Notes: generated by a model from the letters alone, not told the origin. A DNA stretch of 64,000 nucleotides from Porphyridium purpureum (GCA_008690995.1 VRMN01000003.1:1426001-1490000), one strand, 5' to 3'. Counted from the first letter of the stretch, positions 42,193-54,003 are shown. Made by a program: numbers and translations.

Positions 42193-42775
42193 AGTAAACG
42201 TGTGTGTGGGAGGGAAGGAGAGAGCGTGGGTTAGGTGGCGAAACGTAAGAGCACGGACGCGTGTGGGAGTGGTTGCGGTTTGAGGGAAACGCGACGATTA
42301 GGGGGAAGAAGATTGGACTCGTGATTACGTCTGAAGCAGTGTGGGGTACGTGGGTCAGTTTTAGGAGGGGGGAAGAGCGTGTGGGTGACGGTGGTGTGAG
42401 TGTCGACGGCTCGATCGTGTTCGTCGCGACCTTGCGGAAGCTTTGCGGTGGTAAGCGGGACGTGCGTTTGCGTGTGGCCGGCTCCCAAAAATAGACGCGA
42501 GGACACGCGCTTGCGGGGCGCGCGCGCATACCGGGCAGCAACGCGGAGCTGCCGGCGACAGGTGTACAAGGGGGTTGAGCGGCGCGAGAGACTCGGCCGC
42601 GTCGTGTGAGGGCCCGGAACTCGTGGACGGCCACCGAACGACACCCGACACGGCGGCGACACGGAAGAGACGAGGAGTGACTTGGTGGCGCTCGCAGCCA
42701 GCGGGTACGCAACAGCGCCTGGGACTCGCCGCGCGTGGAGTTCCGGTCTGGAAAGTTGAATGTGGTGAGGTTATC

Positions 42776-43645
42776 ATGAGCATGGAATCGGGAAGTGAGG
42801 TGTCATTTTCCCAGTCGTCTGGCGTCGAGCCGACGTCGGGAACGGCTCCTGAAAGCTTTAGTACGGTTGTGATGGTTGAGAGTACTGGCACGCCGGGCAG
42901 GTCACCCCTGCAAAATACGGCGGCGGCTCGTTCGCACGTGCGTGTGCAATCTGTGCCAGACGCAATCAACATACATGCCTCTAGGAGGTCCCAGCAGTCG
43001 CGCCCCGGTTTTGACAGTTCCGGGACTGTTTCGCAAAGCTGGAAGGCGAACTCCATTCTGCAGCAACCTATTCAAGTCACGCTCGTCAAGTCCGACTCGA
43101 CCGATGCTGGGCTTCAGATTCGAGTCGTGGGCACGCCCGAGAGAAAAGAAAGTACCGAGCCGCGCGGAACACCGCTCAAGACGGACGAGGCGAGGAAGGC
43201 AGCGCTCCGGAGCTCATTGTTGAAGCGGGATTCGAGCGTCGACTTCAAGGAGGAGTGGGCGGCCTCGGCCAAACTGAGCCAGCAAAAACAGCTCGGCAAG
43301 TGGCGAGATCCAGTGACGGCGTCAAGCCCAGAGATGAAAGAAGCGTGGGTGGACGGGTTTGATTCGCCCAGCGAGAAATCCGCCAGTCCTGTGGGGCAGC
43401 CTCCAGTGTCCTTTGGCGGACGACCGATCCAGGCATCACAAGAGCTCGTGGACCTCATAGATTCAGAGCACGACAGTGAAGAAATGCCCGTGATGCGCGT
43501 TGGCGCCCAGTCAAACCTGGACACGGATGCGCAAGAAAAGAAGATGCGCTCCGGTCACTCGTGGCTGAAAAGCACGGACTTTGTGCACGGGTCAACGCAA
43601 GTGGGTTCCCGTGTACACCGCACGCCCAGTTTTGAGGATGTCTAG
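42776..43645 (+). CDS. Hypothetical Ser/Thr-rich, probably disordered protein
   Basis: About 290-codon ATG-started ORF with coding-like composition; no domain recognised. Confidence 0.65.
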   Translation: MSMESGSEVSFSQSSGVEPTSGTAPESFSTVVMVESTGTPGRSPLQNTAAARSHVRVQSVPDAINIHASRRSQQSRPGFDSSGTVSQSWKANSILQQPIQVTLVKSDSTDAGLQIRVVGTPERKESTEPRGTPLKTDEARKAALRSSLLKRDSSVDFKEEWAASAKLSQQKQLGKWRDPVTASSPEMKEAWVDGFDSPSEKSASPVGQPPVSFGGRPIQASQELVDLIDSEHDSEEMPVMRVGAQSNLDTDAQEKKMRSGHSWLKSTDFVHGSTQVGSRVHRTPSFEDV

Positions 43646-44791
43646 ATCGTACCTATTGAGCGGTGCGCAGACTGCGCACTTTGTTCGTTTGTTTGTTTTT
43701 TCTTCCCTGCAGAAGTCTTGAGGACTTTTGCCTTTGTTCCTTGTTTTTGTCTGTAACTCAGTACGGCACGCTGCAGCGTGCGCGAAACAAATGAAGAAAC
43801 GCCCCTTGGTGGGCTCGAAACATTAAAGTGCCACATGGCCAACTTTGAAAACTCCCAGAACCTGGCGCCCGGAACAAAAATTCATCTCGCAGTGCTGTTC
43901 GCGCGACGCAGAGCAGTGCAAAGGAATCAGCGGGAAGAATCTTCGGCCGTACCTGCGGCAAAACCGGCGGCAGCAACACGGCACGCTCACATGCCAAAAC
44001 TTGCACGGATAGCTGCTGGCCATGCGGCTCCAGCGCCGAGCCAGGGACCAGACATACTGGCGTAGACCGCAGCGAACGCACGGTCCACGGCGCTCGACGT
44101 GGCGGTAGGGAGAGTGAGTGTGAGCATTATGTCCGGCGGATCCTGTGCAGCTGCCGCCGAGCGAGAGGTGTATGGATTCGCGGAAGAAACGGCAAGTGCC
44201 GGGGGAGACGCGCGCCTTGTTTGAGTGGCCCGAGTTTCTTGCAAAGCGTCGAAGCAAACGCTGCGGCTGCGGGACAGCGGTACTTCTTTACCTGCTGACT
44301 CATTGCCACTGTAGTGTACGAAGCACAGTGCAGAGTGCGGAGTGCGCCGCGCTTCACTGTTCTTTGTGTCGTCCTAACTTTTTGTCGTCGAGACCATTGT
44401 GGCCCAAAGCCGCGCGGAGCTCAACACACGCGGTACAGTGTGGTCTTCCAGCCACATGGATATCGGGTTCAGTGAAATGAGCCGCTTATAGTGTACAGCT
44501 CGGCGTCTTCTTCAGCCGCGCTATAAACTTCTGCGAAGGCAAGTATCTGGGCATGTTGGTGCGGGGACAAGGCGACAGGGACGCACATGTGGTCGCGTTG
44601 GTGAGACAGAAGGAGCAGACACACGAGTAAGCAAGCATCAGCAGCAGGAGTAGTAGCAGCAAGGTTGTCACCGTGTAGAAGGAGACGCACAGGGACTGGA
44701 TACGCGCTGCGCACACGGCAAGGACTCAGATATCTCGGCGCGCTCGCAACGCGGAGCTTGGAATTGGCGTCTGCGCCAGACTCGAAATATC

Positions 44792-46192
44792 ATGGACGCA
44801 CGCGCGGTCGTCGAGGTGCGCGCGGTGGACGACGCGGCTCAGCACAGTGCTGGCCAGGAGCAGCAGCGCTTGGTGGTAAGTGTGCAGGGGCCCCGTTCGG
44901 GGGCTGCGAAAAATGAGTCCGTAGTGTTGGACATCACAAATGGCGCCGTGCCGGCGGGCGCGTTCAAGAAAGTCGGGCCAGGTGTCACACTGCATGATCC
45001 GGGCTACACCAACACGGCCAGCTGTACTAGTGCCATTACCTTCATTGATGGAGACAAGGGTCTATTGAGGTACCGAGGCTACCCAGTGCAGGAGCTCGTG
45101 GCTGCGAACAAGACGACACTCGAGGTTGCATGGCTGCTCTTCTACGGCGAGCTACCCGAGCAGGCCAAACTCAATATGTTTGCAGAGCGCGTGGCGCAGA
45201 ACGCATTTCTGCGTAGCACCGTACTCAACGTGGTCCAGGCGATGCCAACCGACGCACATCCGATGGGTGTTCTCGCTAGTGCACTGGCCGCGTGGGGCAC
45301 GCAAATGCCAGAGTTCAACCCTGCACTTTCCGGAAACGCAATTTACGATGACACACGCCTGAGGCAGCACTTGCAGCCCCTAGTGCTCGGTGGCTTCACC
45401 TCGCTTGCAGCTGCGATTTTCCTGAGAATGCAAGGCCTTCCAGGCAACGTGATTGCGCTCAAATGTGATCTGCGCAGTACGGCGCCAGGACGCATCGGCA
45501 CGATGGGCGGCATGTTTCTCGACATGATCGGAAAGGGAAATCTGCCGGCGTCTGTGGCTCATGCGCTTGACATCTTGCTGGTCCTGCACGCTGACCATGA
45601 ATTGAATTGCTCGACGGCCACCATGCGCCAGCTCACATCCAGTGGCGTTGACCTGTTTTCTTCGCTGGCAGGCTCCGTATGCGCATTGTACGGCCCGCTG
45701 CACGGTGGCGCCACCGAGGCAGTACTGCGGATGCTGCAGCGCATCGAAACACCCGACAATGTTGCGTCATTTATCGATAAGGTCAAGAACCGAGACGAAA
45801 AACTTATGGGCTTTGGGCATCGCATCTATCGCAATTACGACCCTCGTGCTACACTCATTCGCAAGCTAGCCCACAAGGTCCTGAAGGAGCTGGATATCCA
45901 GGAGCCGCTCCTGCAGGTTGCTATGGCGCTCGAGAAGACGGCGCTTGAGGACGACTACTTTGTCAGTCGCAAATTATACCCGAACGTGGACTTTTACAGC
46001 GGCATCATTTACTCTGCCATTGGATTCCCGCCAGAGTTTTTCCCAGTCTTGTTTGCATTGGGTCGTGTTGCTGGCTGGTTGTCGCACTGGAACGAGTTTG
46101 TCGCAGACGAGTGGAAAGAGAGAAAAATCGCCCGTCCTCAGCAGCTTTATGTCGGAGAGCCAGAACGGCATCTTTTGCCAAGCAAACTCTAG
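44792..46192 (+). CDS. Citrate synthase, peroxisomal/glyoxysomal (bacterial-like type)
   Basis: DPGYTNTASC, LRYRGY, HADHELNCST, GPLHGGA, GFGHRIY and YPNVDFYSG; C-terminal PTS1 SKL. Confidence 0.95.
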   Translation: MDARAVVEVRAVDDAAQHSAGQEQQRLVVSVQGPRSGAAKNESVVLDITNGAVPAGAFKKVGPGVTLHDPGYTNTASCTSAITFIDGDKGLLRYRGYPVQELVAANKTTLEVAWLLFYGELPEQAKLNMFAERVAQNAFLRSTVLNVVQAMPTDAHPMGVLASALAAWGTQMPEFNPALSGNAIYDDTRLRQHLQPLVLGGFTSLAAAIFLRMQGLPGNVIALKCDLRSTAPGRIGTMGGMFLDMIGKGNLPASVAHALDILLVLHADHELNCSTATMRQLTSSGVDLFSSLAGSVCALYGPLHGGATEAVLRMLQRIETPDNVASFIDKVKNRDEKLMGFGHRIYRNYDPRATLIRKLAHKVLKELDIQEPLLQVAMALEKTALEDDYFVSRKLYPNVDFYSGIIYSAIGFPPEFFPVLFALGRVAGWLSHWNEFVADEWKERKIARPQQLYVGEPERHLLPSKL

Positions 46193-46691
46193 TCTCTAGT
46201 CGCTGTAGTGCTCCATTTGTTTGTCTTCCCCATGTGAATCATATTGTTTGAAAGCCGTGCCAACAGTGCAAGCGTCCATGCTCTTATTATCCTTTTCATT
46301 CAGCTGCAACAACGAGGCAGAAGGATTCGCGTGCAACATCAAGAGCGTGCGTGCCAGCTTCGTTTTGCGATGCGGTCGATAGCCAAACTACTTCGTGTAG
46401 AGTAAAATCACAATGGACACAGTTAGAATTTTAGTTGTGAGGGAGCTGCAAGAGGAGAAGCGAAGTATAACAGACCAAACACCCACACACACGAGCACAC
46501 ATGCAAATGGGCTCACTACAGGCGGCAGATAAAGTAATAATATATGAAACCCGACGCCGCACGGCCAAGCACATCATTTTTGCAATCCCAGCAAGCACGT
46601 CGTGCAGATTGAATGACGAAAAGTGCGGGTGGGTTCCGCAAGCACGGCACCCCATTTCGAGCTATACAAGAAGTGCCTTTCCAAACCGAAT

Positions 46692-47993
46692 TTACACCTT
46701 CCCGTTCGCCTTCTTCTTTTCGGCCTTGTCTGTCTTCTCGGCCTTTTCGGTCGGACCATCGCGCAGATGGTTGTCGTCCAAGTGCATGCTTGCTTCTTCG
46801 TAATGCTCCTCGTCGACCTCCTTGGCCATGTAAATCGCTTCCTGTGCAATTTGCTGCTTTCGATTGTAAACTTGCGAGATGACGCGGACCTTGAGCATTT
46901 CAGGTTTGGAGAGGTACGCGTTGACGTACTCCTTACGCATTTCCTTGTCTGGTAGCGACTTCATGAGCCACACAAGACTCTCAAAATGCTTGCGGTCGCG
47001 CAGGCGACCCATCATCTCGAGGTTAAGTTCGTCCTGTAGCGGTTCGCTCAGCACTGATTGAAGCAGGGGTCGGTAGGCATGGACGATCTTCTCCGAGTGC
47101 TCCTGCACCTGCTTAAAATAGTCCAGAGTGTACAAGTACGTATTGTCCGCCAACTTCTTGTTGCGGTGCTTGCCAATCTGGATCTTGAACTGAGAAATAG
47201 TATTTTGCTGAAGCAGCAGGGTCACCGACTCAGGAATCGCCTTTGGATTGAAAAACTCGCGCGTGATGTTCTCCGATAAAAATGGTGCAATGATCTCATC
47301 CTCCATGTCAACCATGCATGAGATAAGACTGCACACATCCGCCCACCACTTGTAGTAGAGTGTGAACTGCTTGTCCGTTCCCTTCTCTCCATACTCGTAT
47401 AGCTGATGCGCAGCGCACAGAATCTCCTTCAGATGGAAGTTGACGCCATTGTGCATCATGAGGAACGTGCCCAGAACGCTCGAGCACTCGTCGGGATAGT
47501 CAAAGTAGCGCATGCGATATTCTGGCTGAAGTAGAACGTCGGGCTCTGGCGGGCGCTGAATCGTCGACTTTTGCTTCTTCTTGTCGTCCTCCTCCCCTTC
47601 ATCGTCTGAACCGTCGTCTTCCTCTTTCGGTACCTTTACCTTCTTCTGCAGCGTCTTAATAAAGTTTCGGCCAGACACACGCGCATTATGGACCGCAGCG
47701 CCCTCCTCCTTCTCGTCGCGCTCGTCCTTCTCACCATCTTTTGTGCCCTTCCTGCCGCGGCCGGTTCCTCTCCTGCCCAGCAAGGCCTGCGAGTTGCCCT
47801 CATTATCGGACAGATCTGAAATCTTGCGCTCCAGGCTCTTGCCTTCCGTCATCTCAGGCGAGGTAACACCGCTGCCCTTCTTTACGGGCACCACCCTTTT
47901 CATCATCTTGGGAGACACGAGCTCGAATGGCAAGGCGCTCTTCTTCTTCTCGTCCTCAAAACCGGAGCTCTTTGACGCCGACGACGATTCCAT
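46692..47993 (-). CDS. Hypothetical protein with charged termini and a helical core (possible hemerythrin-like fold)
   Basis: 433-aa ORF; LMMHNGV... and MEDEIIAPFL loosely recall hemerythrin-like motifs. Confidence 0.75.
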   Translation of the reverse strand: MESSSASKSSGFEDEKKKSALPFELVSPKMMKRVVPVKKGSGVTSPEMTEGKSLERKISDLSDNEGNSQALLGRRGTGRGRKGTKDGEKDERDEKEEGAAVHNARVSGRNFIKTLQKKVKVPKEEDDGSDDEGEEDDKKKQKSTIQRPPEPDVLLQPEYRMRYFDYPDECSSVLGTFLMMHNGVNFHLKEILCAAHQLYEYGEKGTDKQFTLYYKWWADVCSLISCMVDMEDEIIAPFLSENITREFFNPKAIPESVTLLLQQNTISQFKIQIGKHRNKKLADNTYLYTLDYFKQVQEHSEKIVHAYRPLLQSVLSEPLQDELNLEMMGRLRDRKHFESLVWLMKSLPDKEMRKEYVNAYLSKPEMLKVRVISQVYNRKQQIAQEAIYMAKEVDEEHYEEASMHLDDNHLRDGPTEKAEKTDKAEKKKANGKV

Positions 47994-49110
47994 TCACGGG
48001 CCCTTCCGACGCAAGAGACAGTGACCCACGAGCTGTTGCGCCCTCCTTTCTAGACAACCGGATCCGCGTCTAGCCTCACATCCACGGCCCGCTCCAACAG
48101 TTCGCAGTCCGTGCAACTTGGGGTTTCCCAATATATACACGTCGGCGTTGTGGTTGCGTTGGCTGCTCGACACCCCGATGGCAGCCGTCTTACGAGGACG
48201 CATCCCACCCATCGCTCGCTGAGGGACTTTTCCCAAGCAACCTGCCGCAAGCCTATCTGACTTGGACTTCTGTGGCATTATGTGTGTGGGTAGGTGTGAG
48301 TACGAGCCGGCGCAGGTCCCGTTTACCTCTCAAGGGATAGTTTCGCGTGTCATGATCCCGTGCTGCCCGGTCTGAATCCACTGCGAACAAGATGTCCACG
48401 TCATCCGCTGCGTGCAAGTTGAGGCGCTGGTGGAAGGCACAGGAACAAACAGCACGTCTCCTACCTGACGTTCGATCTGGCTCGGCAGCAACCTCGACCA
48501 CGAGTGCAAGCCAACACGTCTGTACGTGCGCACGTTCAGTTCCGCTGTGCATGCGGAAACCTGGCCATGTCCGAATTTCGTCACATGTTGGGAGGCGGAT
48601 AGAGGCCGAATTCCACCGCAACTCGCGGCCCGTCCGCATGTGTAACCTGGGCAACCTGCCACTCACATAGCCACAGCCACTTTGAACCACAATGGATGGC
48701 GTCGTCTGAGTCAGCACTCACTTGGCATCAACAACGCATCTTCACGTGGAGGGGTACACATGTAACTGTACACCCATCGGCAGAAGCGTGGGGCGATGTG
48801 CAGACGCACACACGCACTCACACGCACACGCACACGCCCACAGGCACGCAGGCGCATGTGGCTCTTGGGCTGCGCGCGCGTTGTTCGCCGCAACGCTTTC
48901 TCGCCCCGTTTGTCTGTGCGTGAGAGAGAGAGAGAGCGACAGAGGGGCATGGCAGACTTGCCGCGCGGCGAGTCGATCCATTCAACTCTTGCCCGCCGAC
49001 TTGCAGGTATCGATCAAACTGCGGGCCGTACGAGCAACTCGCACGAGTTGTACGAGAGCCCGAGGCGCGCCGGAAATCGGGTGTCGCGTCTGCACTCGCT
49101 TGCGTCTGGC

Positions 49111-52100
49111 TCACCTGTCAGAAAGGTCAGAGCCACGACAGGATTGCAAGCGCGAAATTATACCGCGTAACTCGGCGTCGCTGCGCACTTTCACTTGTCC
49201 ACGTAAGGTGTTGCCAGAATCAACTACACTGCCAGCGTCGCGCCATGTGCGCAAAGCAAGCACGTCAAAACGCTCCTCGGGCAGTAAGATGAGGTTGGTC
49301 CCAGATACCGGGGCCAGCGCCTCGATCGCGCTCCACGCTTTGCAGGCGGTCCGCACATTGGCAGAAGCGCCGCTGAAAATATAGAGACCCAGCCGCGCAC
49401 GGCTCAGACTTGCCACAATGCGGCGCGCGTCAGACAAGTATGACAGCGTGCTTGTTCTGACCACGCTCAACAGGACATAACTCGCTTGCTGGGACTGAAA
49501 AGAGTCGATGGTTGACACAGCAAGAGGCGCGACGGGCATTCGCATACGGCCGAGCTCAGCCAGACGAACCTGAAGCACTTGCACTAAGAGCTCCCGCTGG
49601 CCGTTGTACGGTGTCAGAATCGCAATCTCGCCCGCAGGATACCCGATGAAGAGCATGTAAATGTACACAGACACAAGAATCTCCGCTTCAGCACGGTTTT
49701 GATAAAAGTTGGGTACTGGGCACGACTCGGGCGCAGCGTTACTCCCCTGGCGTCCTACCAGAGCTGCAACGTCTACCCACTGCGCCTCCGCAAGAAAGCC
49801 AGGATTGCATTTCTTGAACCAGGGTCCCACGGTATCTGGCTGGAGCCCGTCCGTATCTGCAAAGCTACCGTCCATGAGAGTGCCCCTCGCGCCTGCACGA
49901 AAGTGCGCTCCAGAACGGCAGTGCTCACGGAAAAGGTTGACCATTGAAGTCCGAGACCGAAACTGGGCGCCCAAGCGATGAACTGGCGCACCAAGTCGCT
50001 GCAAGCGCTGAAACATTGACTGCTGAGCGTTGCCGTCGACGGTCAAATCCGGATTCTGCACGACAGGCAACAAACTGGTACTGTCGCCCAGCAGCACCAC
50101 ACGCTCCATCAAGTCAACTTGTTGGCCTTGCTGCACGCTCAGGGATAGCAGTGTCTCAAGCTCAGATAAGAGCGACGCCTCATCCACCATGATAGTGCCG
50201 AAACGAATCCCCTTGTCAACTAGATCGGCGCCCTGCCGCCCTGCGAAAGATGATGTCATCAGAAGAACGCGCGAAAATGTGGCCATGATGTAATGCTCAC
50301 GTTCATGGGCACCTCTCAGCAACTCGAGCGGTCGATACAGCTCAAGCTTGTCGCGCAACTCACCAATAGTGTGCTCGTACCATCGTTCTGCAGACACTGT
50401 ATCATACACACGCCAAGCAGGATCCGTCACATCGTAAAACGGGAAAAGGTGCAGAGTCGCCTGCTCCGGGTGCGTAGCAAGTTTGAGTTTTGTGAGACGA
50501 GGCTCGCAGTGTTGCTTGATCCACATTTGGGCAGAGGCACAACTCATGCTGTACTCAGAATTCAGTCCCATGCTCTCGGCATACAATCGTACTTGCGCTA
50601 GTAAAGAAGCGCGCTGCGACTCAACCAGCGCCAGTCGGCCTGCCAAACCGAACGCCACCCATGAACTCTTGCAAAGATTACCGTACGCGTCATCATCAAT
50701 GACTTCCTGCTCTTCTCCACCGCCCAGCCGAACAAGGCTCAACAGGGCGGAGGCGCCTGGATTCTGCACGAGACGGCCAAGCAAAGCAGAAAGAGACTGG
50801 GAGGTTCGACACAAAACGAGGATTTTCAGTGACGCATTGTCATCGCTGCTTTTCGATCTCTCGTTCAGGCACTGCAGCAACGAGCTCACGCTTTGGACAA
50901 TCAGTTCCGTCTTTCCTGTCCCCGGGGGGCCATCGATAAGTGTCAGTCCGCCCCTCTGTATACTTTCCAGAGCCGTACGTTGTTCGCTAGTCATCCACGG
51001 GGCCACAGAGCTCCAATCACCACCAAGAGAGCATCTTGCGCGACAAGCTAGTGCCGGGTTACCGTATCCAGCAACTGTAGGACCCAGCCAGCTCGGCAAA
51101 AATGACTTCACCTGCTTTCGAATCAAGTGTTTAAGTTGCCTTTGCGCAGTGACCAAAAGGTCAAGTGCCGCATTTTCACGGCGATTGCGCTTCACTACAA
51201 CTGCGAAACTCTCCTTGGCCACAATATTCGAAACATCCGAGCAATAGGTAGGGCTCCCTGGATCCAGGCAATCAAAACCGTGTCGCATATCTTCGTATAG
51301 CCTTTCGCAGTCAAGCTCAACGCGAACAAACAGATGGCGTTCTTGCAAGCGCTCCTGTGAGTCAAAGCGCGATAGAACCACATCGGTTCGCGTTCGGACG
51401 CCATCTGATGAGGCAAGACTGAGAATGCGCACAGTACGGACGCGCTCGACCTGCACATGGTCACCCTCTTTTGTCGGAGCCCACTGAACAAGAAATAGAA
51501 GGTTCTCATGTCCGAGCTCAAGTATCCAGGAGCGTTCGACTTCGCGAGGAGTAGCGGAGGGTAGCTCAAGCTCCAGAAGGGCGACAATACGAGCTGGGCG
51601 GCAGTGTATTGGGTCATCAAGGGCTGGTAGATCCACATCGAGGACGCGTAGCGACTTGACACATGCCCCGTGGCGTGCCCAGCCTCTGAAATTCTTGCCT
51701 AAACGTGGGTCAGGGTCCATTCGCTCGAGGACGTCGCGAATTCTTGCACCTATGCCATAAGCCGCTTCACGAGACAAGAGCTCGCACACAGTTCGATACA
51801 ATAATTGCTCGTCCGGAAACTGCACCAGTAGCCTTGGAACCGAAAAGTACAAGGCAAAGCGCTTGTCGACCATGTTGACAATTTCAGTATCAACGCCTAT
51901 GCCGCTATCGTCATTCTTTGACTCAATCTTTCGTCTGCGCTTTGTTTCGACAATCCTTTCATTGGCACACTTTGGCCCATGACCAACTTGTCGTGAAATC
52001 ATGCTCTCCACAATCGACTCGAAAAATCTTGCTTGCGGCGAACTGTCATGCAGCCATCCGAGGGGCCAAAATTCGTTTTCACAAGGATATCCCTCGCATG

Positions 52101-53763
52101 CCTTTCTCCGCAACATTCGAGCCCACCCCTGTTCGCTTAGACCTGAGCCAGAGAATATCCAACCGCAATCCGCATCGTGTTCAAATGCTTGCGAGAATGC
52201 TGCCAAAGCCCCTACGAGGAGCGGATGTAGAAGAAGGTCCATCTCGTTCGAAGGAAGAGAAGGCTGGAGTTCCTGCACAAGGAAAAAATTACTGCTGATA
52301 CGCACCTCCTCACACAAGGTCCGAAGAGACGAGACGGAAAGTTTCTCCAATCGGCTTTGCAAGAGCAACGGATCACTAGCAAGTCTGCTTCTTGAACCAA
52401 TAACCAAAGAGGACAACAACGCGAGCTCTTCCTCACCCACTCTGAATGACTCAATCGCACCATTCCGTTTGGCCAATACAAGCCGCATCGCAGCGTGTTG
52501 AAGCAAAGCCATTTCAACATGCTCGCCTTGTCCAGCAGCATGCAGTGCTTCCATTTTGGCAGCGCGCGCTTCGCTGACCAACTCGCCAAAGGGCCCATGC
52601 TTGCTGATCCAGAATGATAGGCTACGGTAAGCACTAAGCAGTGCATAAAGTCGCGTTTGACTCGGGTATGGGCGCTGCTTCTTTTCGCTGTTTTGCGACC
52701 CGCTGCCTTCAAGAAGGGCCTTCAGAACGTATTTGAGCTGAGGGAGAACATGGCATTCCGTGAGAAAATAGCGAACATACGGACGAGAAATGGAGCACTT
52801 CATGGCTTCCAGTACGAGTTGCAAACTTGCATACACAAGCATGCTTGAGCAATGCTGAATAACACTTGATGAGGGCGATTGTGAATCATGTATTCCACCT
52901 AATTCCGCCCAAAGCCACACCAGACTCAATGCGAGTACATTTGGCACGAGCCCCTTGCGCGCTTCTATGCAGGTCTCGTTCATCTGGCATGTCCTCTCAT
53001 TTCTCCGCTCGACAAACTTCTGCTTCTGACTTTCGACAAATGCCTCATTTGGAGCCGGCAGAAACTCAACAAACTTGAACAGCGGCTTCAGAAAGGGTGA
53101 CTTTGACCGTGACGGGAATAGCGCCATTCGGATGCTTTCCGAATGAACCATGTGGAACGACGCGCTGAGGAATGACGTGCCACAGGCAGCTAAGCGTAAT
53201 TCTTGCAGGAACAGTCTATGCTCAGATATATTTCGAGCCGATGTGGGCCACAGTCTCCCAATGGGAAGCATGTGTTGGAATATTGTATCGTACAGTCGCT
53301 TCAAACTTGTGTCACGATCTGGAGCATCCTGGCAGAACGCGAAAGCCCGTTCTGCTCCGGCTTCAGACGTCAAATACGCTGCATGGGCAACTCCCAGCGG
53401 CGTTTGTGCAGCAACCACGAGCGCAGCAATGAGAAATGCGACTTTCACAGAATCGGGCGGATCCTCGCCGTCTACCAGAGCAGCATCCTTTGCAGAGTCG
53501 CCATGATTTTCAACCTGCTGGACAAACCAAGGCCAGATCCACTCTTCCAAAGCATTCATACGATTACACTGCACGAGCAGTGCATGACGCGTGAATTCTG
53601 TGTCGCAGTCAAGCACAAAAATGGCGTCGAACCAATCCGCAATCGCTCCACTGGTCACCTGCGCGAGGCACGATTTGCTGCCTTCCTTATTCCATGGCAT
53701 ACTGCAGGCATCCCAGTCCTGACGCGCAGCTGCGGCCAGTAGGCGCGCACCGCCGCTGGCCAT
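49111..53763 (-). CDS. AQR: Aquarius spliceosomal RNA helicase (SF1), divergent
   Basis: [64 protein letters not shown] and SRARLGLY. Start at ATG 53763 is inferred. Confidence 0.88.
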   Translation of the reverse strand: MASGGARLLAAAARQDWDACSMPWNKEGSKSCLAQVTSGAIADWFDAIFVLDCDTEFTRHALLVQCNRMNALEEWIWPWFVQQVENHGDSAKDAALVDGEDPPDSVKVAFLIAALVVAAQTPLGVAHAAYLTSEAGAERAFAFCQDAPDRDTSLKRLYDTIFQHMLPIGRLWPTSARNISEHRLFLQELRLAACGTSFLSASFHMVHSESIRMALFPSRSKSPFLKPLFKFVEFLPAPNEAFVESQKQKFVERRNERTCQMNETCIEARKGLVPNVLALSLVWLWAELGGIHDSQSPSSSVIQHCSSMLVYASLQLVLEAMKCSISRPYVRYFLTECHVLPQLKYVLKALLEGSGSQNSEKKQRPYPSQTRLYALLSAYRSLSFWISKHGPFGELVSEARAAKMEALHAAGQGEHVEMALLQHAAMRLVLAKRNGAIESFRVGEEELALLSSLVIGSRSRLASDPLLLQSRLEKLSVSSLRTLCEEVRISSNFFLVQELQPSLPSNEMDLLLHPLLVGALAAFSQAFEHDADCGWIFSGSGLSEQGWARMLRRKACEGYPCENEFWPLGWLHDSSPQARFFESIVESMISRQVGHGPKCANERIVETKRRRKIESKNDDSGIGVDTEIVNMVDKRFALYFSVPRLLVQFPDEQLLYRTVCELLSREAAYGIGARIRDVLERMDPDPRLGKNFRGWARHGACVKSLRVLDVDLPALDDPIHCRPARIVALLELELPSATPREVERSWILELGHENLLFLVQWAPTKEGDHVQVERVRTVRILSLASSDGVRTRTDVVLSRFDSQERLQERHLFVRVELDCERLYEDMRHGFDCLDPGSPTYCSDVSNIVAKESFAVVVKRNRRENAALDLLVTAQRQLKHLIRKQVKSFLPSWLGPTVAGYGNPALACRARCSLGGDWSSVAPWMTSEQRTALESIQRGGLTLIDGPPGTGKTELIVQSVSSLLQCLNERSKSSDDNASLKILVLCRTSQSLSALLGRLVQNPGASALLSLVRLGGGEEQEVIDDDAYGNLCKSSWVAFGLAGRLALVESQRASLLAQVRLYAESMGLNSEYSMSCASAQMWIKQHCEPRLTKLKLATHPEQATLHLFPFYDVTDPAWRVYDTVSAERWYEHTIGELRDKLELYRPLELLRGAHEREHYIMATFSRVLLMTSSFAGRQGADLVDKGIRFGTIMVDEASLLSELETLLSLSVQQGQQVDLMERVVLLGDSTSLLPVVQNPDLTVDGNAQQSMFQRLQRLGAPVHRLGAQFRSRTSMVNLFREHCRSGAHFRAGARGTLMDGSFADTDGLQPDTVGPWFKKCNPGFLAEAQWVDVAALVGRQGSNAAPESCPVPNFYQNRAEAEILVSVYIYMLFIGYPAGEIAILTPYNGQRELLVQVLQVRLAELGRMRMPVAPLAVSTIDSFQSQQASYVLLSVVRTSTLSYLSDARRIVASLSRARLGLYIFSGASANVRTACKAWSAIEALAPVSGTNLILLPEERFDVLALRTWRDAGSVVDSGNTLRGQVKVRSDAELRGIISRLQSCRGSDLSDR

Positions 53764-54003
53764 TGCAGCGACGACGCTACACGCAGTCCCACACACACCT
53801 GCTGCACGCGCTCGGCGCACCGCGCTTCGTTCCCAGAGTGCGTGCTTCTTACTCGCATTGCATTGTAATGCATTCCGAGTTGGAGCTGAAGATGACATTA
53901 TAATGTTGCATTGGCGTGATGACTGAGGTGGTAATGTGCGAGCGAGGACGAAGAGGTGTGAGGAGCGGTGAAGAGCTGGTTGGTTGTCGAAGCCTGCGAC
54001 GCC

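Noticed and set aside
43758..44716. Short minus-strand ORFs as a read-through or selenoprotein gene
   Set aside because: The interrupting stop at 44127-44129 is TAA, not TGA, and there is no recognisable domain.
48000..49110. ORFs upstream of the 433-aa hypothetical gene
   Set aside because: Microsatellite-containing leader/intergenic DNA; the translations are low-complexity.
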